Below the pieces are notes generated by a model. That model did not search any database. It was given only the letters and a program-made list of their open reading frames with translations, and was not told the DNA's origin. A DNA stretch of 64,000 nt from Eledone cirrhosa (Eukaryota), in assembly GCA_964016885.1 (NCBI GenBank), contig OZ024743.1, positions 159,464,001 through 159,528,000 of the forward strand. The letters are read 5' to 3'. Every line of letters begins with the position of its first letter. The first letter of the stretch is position 1. Shown here in pieces: positions 52,638 through 64,000 of this stretch. A program made the position numbers and the translations under genes.

Positions 52638-55080
52638 CACTAGAAGAAAGAAAAGCAATATCTATTATGGTAGGATTTGAATTCAAAACGTAATGGGAGG
52701 TAATAAATAACACAGAGCACGTTTCTTATTGTATCAAACACCAAACGTATGTGTGCCTTCGAAGTTGACGCACTTATAGACAAACTCTATATCACAATTT
52801 AGAAAAAGAAACATCTCGCCTTTTATAATCTTGAAGGAGTGATAATGGGGCGTTGCCACTTTCAAACCCTGTCAATTATTACTTATGTAAATTTAGTGAA
52901 TTATTTTGAAACGCAAACATAATCACAGATGTTGCTTATTGACAGATTATACAGATAATGGAGGTTAGCTCAGATATTTGTTCATGCAATGTAAATTAAA
53001 TGATATATATTTTCTTCTATGGCATTTTTTACCTAAATAATTGTTTCTACTTTTGGCACAAGGCCAGCAATTACCCAGTACATTACTGGTACTTTATTTT
53101 ATCGACCCCGTAAGGATGAAAGGCAAAAGTTGACCTCGGCGGGATTAATGTAAACATTTAAGTGATCACTGAACCTCACACATAGACACAGCTCACTGGC
53201 AATCAACGTCAGTGCTATAGTGTCTGTTTAATTAATTTCCAATAACCAATGCAACAACACATTTTCACTTTCTTACACTCATTAAAGTGAATGGTAAAAT
53301 GTTCCAAACAGTTAGACTCTCTACTCCTTAGAGTAATTGAACTCTAGAACTTTTTCTTGAAGTTTACTCTTGACTAATTGTTACCTACGCATATATTCAC
53401 CATTTACTCCAATTTTGGATTTTACCATAAAGTGCATAATTAATTTATGTTGCCTACACGAAAATCTCAGAGTTTGGGAGAAGAAATCGGCTGTATATCA
53501 TTTTCTCACCCAAATATTAATCTTATGAGTAAAGTTAAATTACGTTATCCAAGAAACAGACTTCTGTCTCTATTTCAATGTCCCGGAACCCTTGTCCTTG
53601 GATGTCACATATTGTGCGGGTCTTATACCAGGCGACTTTAGTCCTTTAAAGGGAAATCGCCATTAGTAAATTTTTGGCGGCTCCTGTTTGTTTTGATTTA
53701 TTTCTCATTCGAGCTATGATAAGGATGTTAGGATGTTAAGTCAGATTTTTATATCCTCTACACCAACACTTTGAAACTCATTCCTGGTGATGCTTCCTAC
53801 TGATTACTTATTATAATGGCGTTTGGAATTTTCACCAAAGAAGTTTCAATTCTGCCGAGGAAGCCACCAAAAATATTTCATTTACAAAACAATTCAATTC
53901 AACATCCAATAATCTGCTACACCTTAACGTTGAACATTTATGTGATTATTCAATCTGCAAGAGATAGTAGTCAAATCTCCTTCAAATCACATATTATCAT
54001 AACAAATTGAAACGTACACTAAACAATGTAGCTAATGCAGCTCAATATAGTAGGTATAATACAGACAAGCTATTCATGGCTAGATCAACTTTGGTCATAA
54101 GTTTCATAATATAAGGCTGATATGGGATTCAACAGACGGTTATTCTTAAAAAGGAGACAAAATACATTAGAAAGGAAAAAATATTAGTTGATACCCAAAG
54201 TGTGTGGTGGAAAGGAAAAATATTGTGAATATCTTGATGAACAACACCGAATCGCATACTAGGTAGTTTCTTAGCTTCGACATCTGTGACCAAGAGTTCT
54301 TCTTAGTATATGATTTCCAGGACCGGAATATCTCAGTTATGGTGCCGAATCAATATCACAAATGTATGTAAACATAGCAAAAACAAAAAAAAAAGCAGGA
54401 AAATGCATACAAATAATATTACAAATTAAACTATTGCTAGACTTGAAGCCCAATGTTTTTGTTACTACTATATATACCCATTGTCCACTAAATATCAGCT
54501 GTCAATACGATAAGATGTAACTGCTTCATTTTAGGATTGCCGATGCTTATTACCTCAATTTGCAGAGACCATACTACACATCAGTATAATCTGCAGTATT
54601 TTTGAGCCAACAATTTGATGGAAATAGGTTTGTATGAGGAAGGGATATGCAGGGGTCCGTGATGTTGAATATTGGTAGGAGTGAGTACTAATTATAACAA
54701 TCCACTTCCCACGAGACGCTAAAAAGCAGGTGTGCGCAGTCACTCAATAAACCATTCCATTTCATCACCAACCAACACAAGGGTTAACGACGACCCGTAG
54801 ATGATAGCACAAATTCATTAAGAAATTGCTAACCACCAGCTTCCAGCAAAGCGAAATATAAGTATACTCAATGCAGGAAGAAATTCTGTTTGAAGTATGG
54901 TATTTCAATCATAAATAGGATAGCACATTGCCCAGATCTATAAGACGCCTATTTAAATTGTCACTAATATTGATTACCACTTGGTGAGATGCTACATTTT
55001 AAGAAGTCGTAGATTTTTGATTCAGAAAGATTTGTGGAGATCATGTGATGAATATTTAAATCTCTCTCTCTCTCTCTCTT

Positions 55081-55123
<43 letters not shown>

Positions 55124-55326
55124 TTAATTATACTATTTATGGTTACGTAAATACAAAAATCTTTTGCAGTTATATATATTTTTATACAAACCCTAAATAG
55201 TGGTAGGCAGTAATATACTACTACCTTATTGCCAGTAAGTTAAGTAGCTCAATGTAAAAACATCAGATGATTTACAGAGCAGTTATATGAAATATAAGAA
55301 TCAAAGAACTGTTCAAAACATTTTTA

Positions 55327-55373
55327 TGCTTACAACTGTTTCCTCCAAACCGAGGTTTTGATTCTTCGGAGCA
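55327..55373 (-). ncRNA. HHR with a CCGAAGA core (probable 3' end of PLE G)
   Basis: tgct-CCGAAGA-atcaaaacc-tc-ggtttggag-GAAA-CAGUUG-UA-agca. Confidence 0.7.
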
Positions 55374-56834
55374 ATTTATTAATGAATGAACACTTATATG
55401 CCCTCCTTTTCACCCAAGAGACATACAGATACATATGCAAATATTGTGGGTCAACATTCATTACAGCATTTAGAGTGGCAGTACACACTTAGAGATTACA
55501 TTCATATTAAAAGATACAATCAAAAATACAGGTTAAAATACAACATGAAAATAAGCGGTTATATAGTGCAAGTGTTATATGTGTGGCAAGCACGTGCGTC
55601 TTGTTTATATAGTGTGGCAGAGAGTTACGTGTAGTAGAAGCACTTAAGTAGGTAAACAAGAGTGTTAGGTTGGTTGATATGGTGGCAAATTCTTTATATG
55701 ATTGTTATAGTCTGTGTATGGAGAAATAATATAAGCATTAAAAATAGTGCAAGCATTAAAAATATTTAAAATATTGGAAATGCACAGCGAAGGGATGATA
55801 TGGACTTCATGTACTTCGACATTTTCATAGTCTGGGGAGTTTATTTTTCAGATTATATGCCCCTCACATAATCCACGACAATTCGATATTGAGCGTTTGA
55901 CAATCCAGTTAGAGAATCGTAGTTTGATGTTCTTTAGTTCAATACAGGAGGTGTTACGTTTCGAGAATCGACATTGAAATACTATCCGGAAGTGTGTGTG
56001 TGGCTAAGGGGAGTTAATGCATGAGGGGAGGTAACTCCGAGGTTTCTATTACTAACTATTGAAAGGTGTCTGAAAATATTGAAATGTGTCTCAAAATAGA
56101 CCCTAACTTCTATGGTTATGCGCAATTTCCGAAAACTTCTAAAGCTTAAAGTGTTTTAACTATAGAGTAGTCTATTAAGTTGTGCTGAAGGTGTTCGTAT
56201 TATTATGGTGAATTAATACCCATCGTAGAGTGCCACAAATGAATATTATAGACGACGAGCGAGGATTCTAAATTAATGATCTCTGTGGTTGTAGTCTACT
56301 CATAGGACCAGGCGCGGTGATTGCAGAATCACTTCAACACACAATGATCTCTGGTAAGTTCTGGATCATCGCTTACTACATTGGATGTCGAAAGATGATC
56401 ATCACCAGGGCCGACCAGAGGTCAATCCGCAGTCCTCATGACCCCACTCTGACCATCCAATCATCCATATATGTACAACCCGCACGCCAGTTGCAATACA
56501 TTCATTCCCTGCACTCAGCGTACCGGTCATACTGCTCAACAGCGTTACTAGATTAATTCATTTTTCATCTGTCCAACGAAGGCACTTCCTCCGCACAACA
56601 CCAACAGGACAATCAATTCATGCTTAAATTACCTATAGAGCGGTGTAGGGCAGTTCAAGTGGGTGGATGTTGTCACACCTAAAGTAGAGGTACAAATGGG
56701 TATTCGCCCTGCGAAGGGTTCTAGAGGGATGTCGCTGTTGTGTTATATTAGATCAGTTAGTGTTGGGTATGTGGTATAAGGTGTGCCCCTGGTGTTTGAT
56801 GCTAGAGGTGGTGTTTGGTTCAAGTCCGACATTG

Positions 56835-58503
56835 CTATATATTGGGCTTAAAGTTTTGGAAGGAATGTCTGAAGCGGTGCTGGCACGTTGCAAACACTTC
56901 AGATTTTTTGTTAAGTAGGTTACGGTTAGAGAAGATAATATTGTGGGTCTCCAGTCTACAGAGGTTACAAAATGTATTAGGTGGTTTGTACGAAGTTGCG
57001 CTACCTATCACTTCCCATTTGAGTGTGTAAGGTTTATTTTTAGTCTTTAGATAGTGTATGTAGCTAGATAGTGAGGTGGAGTTGGCTAGACTGTGCTTTT
57101 TGAACGAGTGGATGTGCGAATTATATCTGATTTTGAAGCAGTTAGAAGTAGAGCCTACATAGGTTTCTGAAGAGTTGCTAGTTGTGACGGTGCATGAGTA
57201 TATGATATCCTTGGTTAGGCATTTTTCATCTAAAGGGCAGGTTCTATTGGCTCTACAGTTACAATTATCCTGTGTGTTAGTCCGCTGGTTATAATGCAGT
57301 GCAGAAGTCTGTGTGGTAGCTATAGGATTTTGGACATTCTGGTTGTCGACCCCGGTGTTATTTCTTATACTAGTGTTATTTCTATTGTTACTGCCGTTAC
57401 TATGGTCGCTTGCTACAGAGGTATTTAGAAGGTTTACATTCGGTTGTGATTTCGTTTGTTGGAAATAAGAATTAATTTTACTTTTATTGCTGCTAGCTAT
57501 GTGGTATGCTAAGTTAGGCGTCGTAGAGTAAGATATTTTAATAATGTTTTTGTTTAAAAGGTTGTGTTACTTGTGTCCTAGAGGGAAGTTTTTATCTAGT
57601 AGTGAGAAGAAGGCCCTAGGTATGTTGGTGGAGACATTTAGGTTGAAAGGAGGGTTGAAAAATGTATTATTTCTTCTTCTATTTTTGTTTTTAGTGTTTG
57701 GTGTGTTGTATCTTCCTAAGGCACTACGGTAGTTTCCGTGGTAATGGTTACTTCCGGTGGCACCCTCCGCTTTGGTGTACTTGTGGTTGCAATTCCTATT
57801 ATTAGGTTTCCTCATGGACATATTGTGCGAGATGATATTGTAGCTATGTGTTTTCTTAGATAGGAACTCGATTTCTATATTATGGCCGGATCTAGCTAAT
57901 GCTTGATTATAATATTGTGAGTTTTTGCTAAATATGTTTGCGTCATAGGATAGATTAGAGATTCTATTGGATACGCCCTTAGAGATAGAGTTTAATATTG
58001 ATCTAGGGTGATTAGTCTTGGTATCTACGTAAATGAGTTTTTCGTTAGGCTTATGGAAAGGTGTATATATTTTTGAGTCTAGGTATAGTGTGGCGTCTAG
58101 GAAGTTAACATTTTTAGTATTTTTGTCCATGGTGATACTAAGGTTACAGTTTTTGAATGTCTTGTGCAATAGTTTTCTAGTGCTTTCTATATTAATTTTT
58201 TTATATTCTATAAGTAGAAGTGCATCATCGCGGTACAAACCACCGTTGAGGTAAGGGAGGTCCTTATGGATTTCATTAAGAAGGTATAGGCCGACCAAAT
58301 CAGTGACCTGTGCCGAGTCACTAGATCCCATGGTTATGTCGAAGTTGTTGTGCGTATCCTTGCGTGTCCATAGTTGGTCCTCGAATGTGATTATGGTTTT
58401 ACGGGCCGCAAGGATGACATCAATCTGGGCTCTAGTCAGGTCGCTATTGTTCATGGCCATCATTAGTGCCTTATTTAATAGGATAGGGGAAATAGAGGTG
58501 TAT
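56835..58503 (-). mobile_element. PLE G coding region (RT plus GIY-YIG), with an in-frame stop near 57567
   Basis: MGSSDSAQVTDLVGL, GLYRDDALL, VNFLDATL, CNCRANRTCPLDEKC, TYVGSTSNCFKIRYNSH, CNLC..CQH. Confidence 0.92.
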
Positions 58504-58510
58504 ATTTCAT

Positions 58511-58562
<52 letters not shown>

Positions 58563-58850
58563 GAAAGAGAGGGGGGAGAATGAGAGAGAGAAAGAGAGAG
58601 AGAGATAAATAGATAAGGATTTTAACACTTTTAAAGTCGATGCATGTGATAATCTCTAGCCCACACTGTAGAGTGATAGTGATGGTGACGTGACAAAAAG
58701 CCCCGAGTACTCATTGTATATGTGGTTGGTGATAGGTAGGACATCCAGCTGAAATCTGTTCTGTATGAGCAATTCATGGTAACCTGATCTGACATTTCTC
58801 ACAACAGGACAAATCTTCTATCCCATGCTAGACTGGAAAAAATTAAGCGG

Positions 58851-58923
<73 letters not shown>

Positions 58924-58992
58924 TAAAAATATATATTTCGTTTCTGAATTTGTTTAGCAAGATTCTTTATCTGAAAACGTTTGTTGAAACCG

Positions 58993-59286
58993 ATATTGTT
59001 ATACTTTGGGAGGGTCATGTTGCCAATAAAACAAGATGGCGTAGGACAGAACAAAGTAGAGGCACAAAAAAACAAAGTAAAGAATCCCCAGTCACTGAAG
59101 AGGTCAAATACTGTGTGACGAAAGAACTTTGACAATATATAAACAACCATCTGGTTGTGGAACCATCCAACCAACCGGAAATTTATAAATTCCTAAATTT
59201 ATAAATTTATTATAATAAATTGAAGTGAAACTACTGGTGCGTGTGTTTCTTATTGGCAACATGGCCCTCACAAAGTATAACAATAT
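58993..59286. mobile_element. Inverted-repeat element enclosing a minimal HHR (59091-59133, plus)
   Basis: Arms 58993-59033 / 59244-59286. Motif: gtca-CUGAAGA-ggtca..tgac-GAAA-GAAC-UU-tgac. Confidence 0.75.
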
Positions 59287-59293
59287 ATATATA

Positions 59294-59458
59294 TATATTT
59301 ATTAAAATAACAGATTAAGTTTAAGCAAATAATCGATGCTTTCACCCTTAACGGCATCTACTGACACTGATCCCGTTAAGGGATCTTCAGAAGATCCCGT
59401 TAAGGGTGAAAGCAGCGATTCTTTGCTTAAACTTTAATCTGTTATTTTAATAAATATT
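59294..59458. mobile_element. Fold-back element with an HHR-like relic
   Basis: Palindromic arms. Minus strand: CUGAAGA-tcccttaacgg..ccgttaagggt-GAAA-GCAUCG. Confidence 0.6.
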
Positions 59459-59540
59459 TGCTCTACGGTTCTTATATATTTGATATATATTTATCTTTAT
59501 CGAGCCGTCTTTGGATTTTAGTCTTCAAATTTATTACTAT

Positions 59541-59592
<52 letters not shown>

Positions 59593-59594
<2 letters not shown>

Positions 59595-59831
59595 GTCGGA
59601 AAGTAAAAAATCGGAGAATAGACCGTTAAAACAGCACCTACGTACGTTTCGCCCAGTTGGCATTCTCAAAGGCATGAATAATGAAAAATTATAAACTCTT
59701 TCCGAGCAATATAAGGAACACTTTTTATTATTTATACCCTTGAGAAGCCCAACTGGGCGAAACGTATGTAGGTGGTGTTTTAAATAAACATGTTTTAACG
59801 GTCTATTCTCCGATTTTTTACTTTCCCACGT
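59593..59831. mobile_element. Inverted-repeat element with two divergent HHR-like motifs (UUGAGAA core)
   Basis: Arms 59593-59688 / 59722-59831. Motif: UUGAGAA-gccc-aact-gggc-GAAA-CGUAYG-UA-ggt. Confidence 0.7.
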
Positions 59832-59991
59832 GCTTACGCTCTGCTAATTCTCTAGCCCACTAAATATTAACACTTCGAATACTTAATACTGCCGGCACTA
59901 GTATCGAGCACCTTTGGCATACGCTACTTGGCAAATAACTATATGTATCAACTATCCTCCCCTTTTTTTTCTCTTTCTCGATACGTAAATA

Positions 59992-60066
<75 letters not shown>

Positions 60067-60284
60067 GTAGTGGAATAGAGCTTCCGCCGTAAATTACCCT
60101 AAGAGTCGGAGTTATAAAAGAACCCAGATTGGTAAAAGGATGAGCCTTGACGTACATGGGATAGGAACCCACATCTTTGGCTGTCATTACACGTGTAATG
60201 GTTAACACAGTGGCCATGATAGCCAAAGATGAGAGTTCGTGTTCTATGTACGTCAATGCTCATCCTATATATATATATATTTAT

Positions 60285-60657
60285 CACCCTGATCACCTTG
60301 ACCAACCAGTCTGTCGGGCGTCCATTCGGCGCCGCTGGTCACATCACGCCATCCATTCCTCTCTGGATCGTGCTTTCCTCATCCATGTAATCCCAATCAT
60401 ATTCTTAAAATTGTAACGGGTCAGAAAGCCATGGAGAAATCAATGCTAGGAACCTCTTTGAGAGACCACATCAGGAGCGAAGTCATCAGAGAGAAGTTCG
60501 GCGTGAGGGACGTCATCACGGAATATATGCGCATCAAGTTCAGATGGGCTGGACACGTCGCCCGGTTCACCGATAATCGGTTGACCCTCGCAGTTGCCGA
60601 GGGGTACCCGCGCGACCGGAAACGACCACTCGGAAGGCCTCCACTAGGGTGGAGTTA

Positions 60658-60661
<4 letters not shown>
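60285..60661. mobile_element. RTE-clade LINE 3' fragment with an inversion
   Basis: Plus strand: KFRWAGHVAR..KRPLGRPP.GW. Minus strand continues FKNMIGITWMRKARSREEW. Confidence 0.8.
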
Positions 60662-60712
<51 letters not shown>

Positions 60713-61018
60713 CATATATATATATATATATGTATAAGAAGGCGGTCAGTCAAACTGACAAGGACTGGCCCTCTTGATCGCCTTCGAGTCAAAATCTTCC
60801 TCTGTTTTTTTTTATTTTTTTAATATCTGCTTTCTCTCCTTATAGCCTCATGGATTTTGTTTACCATTATTCCTTTATTATATAACTGTTCTGCATTATA
60901 CACCTGATTACGTCACTAGGATCTTACGTAATCTGGCCACTGAAATATACATAGTTTTTGCTGAAATTAATCTTTGAAGGAATTTCACCAGTCCGGCCTC
61001 CTGTCATTTTACACAATC

Positions 61019-61050
<32 letters not shown>

Positions 61051-61064
61051 TCTCACACACACAT

Positions 61065-61097
<33 letters not shown>

Positions 61098-61440
61098 ACA
61101 TTGTTAGCCAATAAAAATCTTTTGATTTTGATGTTGTAGACGCTCTTGTGTTCTTTTTCATATATATATATATACATACACACGGACCCTATAACATTCA
61201 AACATTTATATGTACACTCACGCACGCCACACACAAACACACACACACATATATATATATATATACATAAAAAGTACTGAAAAAATAACCGACATAACTA
61301 TACAAAATATATGACATTAAAGAAAATACATATACCGGTGTGTGGTGACAACTTTTACCATTATAACCATACCATAGGCATCAGGTCTATAGTAATTTTA
61401 AGTAACTTTAATGCATACGAGATCGACTTTATATATATGT

Positions 61441-61770
61441 GAAGGCGCATGGCTTAGTGGTTAGAGCATTGCAATCCAAAGTTTGTGATTTCTTAAACTG
61501 GGTATTGTGTTTTGTCCTTGAGCACGACACTTTATTTCTGGTTGCTCCAATTTCTCAGCTGTAGAAATGAGTGGCGACGTCACTGGTGCCAAGCTCTATT
61601 GGCCATTGCCGTTCCTTTGGACATCATCGGTGGTTTGGAGAGGGGAGGCTGATATGCATGGGCGACTGCTAGTTTTCCACAAACATTTGCCTGGACATGT
61701 GCCTCGGAGAGGAACTTTTTTGGTGCAAATCCCATGGTCATTCGTGACCGAAAGGGGTATTTACCCCTAC
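61441..61770 (+). mobile_element. tRNA-derived SINE with a CORE-like domain
   Basis: Head tggcttagtggttagagc; gtccttgagcacgacacttta. Confidence 0.7.
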
Positions 61771-64000
61771 TGTGGTCCAGTCTGTCAACAATAGTTTGAA
61801 ATGCAACCATTATTCACAGCAGACATTATATGACTTTGCTGCCATCACTAGGGTTGCAGTCTCAAATCTACAGTGACACGTAGCAGCTCCCGAAGATGAG
61901 ATCGATCCAAACCACCCGTTGTTGGGGAGCACGTTGGCAGGACATAAACCAAAAACTGAATATAATCCGAAGCACTCAACCAGGCTACTTATGTAAAAGA
62001 CAATAACAGAGTCATAACAAAAATGTAAGTAGAAAAAATTATAATGTTCAATGTACAATGAAACGAAGGTCCTTCACCTGGGAGAAAGCCAATGTGCCTT
62101 TTTAAAAACTTAATAATAAATAGTTTTTAAAAGTCATAAAATATGTCTATACAGCAAATAATTAAATATATGCATTTTTACGTAATTAGAATATTAACAT
62201 TTGGATTGGCAGTATCAGTAGAGGGTCGGACGCCATGCTTTCCAGCATAGTTACGTCCCTTTACGATCTGAGTTCAAATCCCGCCGAGGTTGACTTTGCC
62301 TTTCATCGTTACGGGGTCGATAAAATAAAGTACCAGTAATGCACTGGGTAATTGCTGGCCTTGTGCCTAAAGTAGAAACAATTAATTAAGTTATGTAACA
62401 ATAACTTAATCTTTCCTCGCATTCACCATGTTTCTTACGTGATTATAATATTGCAGATGATAAATAAATAAACTAGCAAACCTTCGTTTCCCTAGCACGC
62501 AGTATAAATAACTACGAAATATACTTGATTCTAACCACAAACACGCATCTAAACCTTCACCAATAACGTTTCAAGTATGTCATTTGTCTTCTTAAAGAAC
62601 TTTTCTCCCAGCTTCATTTCTGAGAAACTACATTTTATCATGTTTACGGACCATTAAATACCTCACAAAAAAGTATTCCACCATTGATTACACAATTAAA
62701 CAATTGCATCGAAACGTACTCTTGATGGTGCTTTCTCACTTACAAATAAAAGTCTGATGACCATGATTTTTTATCTTAACACCGATGGTCGCACTATTAA
62801 CACATAAGAATATTTGGATAATAGTATTGTGGAAAAAAAATTTTCTTAAGAAGTTATAAAATTTCTGATTTTGTAACTTTACATCCTCGGGATGAAACTC
62901 TAATGGCTGATACGCTTTATAGCATACTGACTCTTTGGTGTTTATTTATTTTATATATCAGCTCTGCATGAACCCCTCTGGTAAAGTTTATACCAAATAA
63001 GGGCAACGTTGTCATTGTTATTAATATTATATAGGACAGTGGATTAGCAGTATCGGTAGAGCGTCAGACGCAGTGATGTTCAGCATAGAGTTATGGACGT
63101 CCAGAGTTAGCCGTCGAAACGGCTTGAGCTCAGCCGTCGGGGTCCTACTCGTTCCTATATATATATATATATATATATATATACGTATGAATCACTCTCT
63201 CTATATATATACACACGCGCACACACACTCACACACACACACGCACACACACACATATATATATATATATGTGTGTGTGTATGTGTTTGTGTGTGTGTGT
63301 GTACATACATATAGGGAATGGGTCTGAATTAGTTTCGAGAATGAGTGTTCCAATTGTATGATCATAAAATTAACATGTAAGTAGTTAAGCATCCTAAAGG
63401 CATGTATGCGCTTAACATAATTTACAAGGAAATGAGTGTGACACATTATGTGACAAGGCTGGCCCTTTGAATTCAACGTGTTCGGGCCGCAATCGGGCGT
63501 CAATTTCGAAACCTTTGTGTGGTATCTTGGGACAGACTCATTTACCATAAATTTCTGTCAACCCACGCCTCAAGAGTGACATTGCACAGACGGAAATAAT
63601 TTGGAATGCCGTATATAGACATACACACACGCACACACACACTCATGCACGCACACACACACATACTCATGCACGCAAAACACACACATATATATACATA
63701 TATATATAAATATATATATACATATATACATATATATATACATATATATATATACACATATATATATATTGTTGGGGGACCAGAAATAACTCACCCTTTA
63801 ATACGCTACATTTCTGAACATTTCTTAAAAGTGAAAAAATTCTAATCCTGCAGAAGCTAGACATACACACATACAAAAATATGTAAAACATTCCAAATAT
63901 GTTGCATCTAATAACTGCATATTCACATATCCAAATACAAAGCATATGCGCATGCACACATACAACTCAAAACATATACATCCACACATACAATAACATC

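Noticed and set aside
54222-54362. HHR-like relics here and at 45883, 50423 and 61869
   Set aside because: Several core mismatches; not distinguishable from chance by eye.

Overview
AT-rich, microsatellite-saturated eukaryotic DNA; the SINE types and the (TA)n/(CA)n load suggest a coleoid cephalopod such as Octopus (inference). No host gene is supportable, and the YIYI/CVCV ORFs are microsatellite artefacts. The window is a graveyard of Penelope-like retroelements (PLEs; RT, then a CxC..CPL..C zinc linker, then C-terminal GIY-YIG, Neptune-like): about 9 truncated copies, several with an inverted copy of their 3' end. Manual folding found about 20 type I hammerhead ribozyme (HHR) motifs, at PLE 3' ends and in short non-coding inverted-repeat elements beside (TA)n. 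Each family has its own palindromic stem III, and CCGANGA and UUGANAA core variants recur. C/G interruptions in the long TA tracts follow the orientation of the adjoining element, hinting at reiterative, telomerase-like tail synthesis. Also present: R4/Dong-like, RTE and 2A-PHD LINE relics, an HDV-like ribozyme candidate, tRNA-derived SINEs, a hAT MITE, a 1.6-kb tandem duplication and a G.U-rich hairpin.
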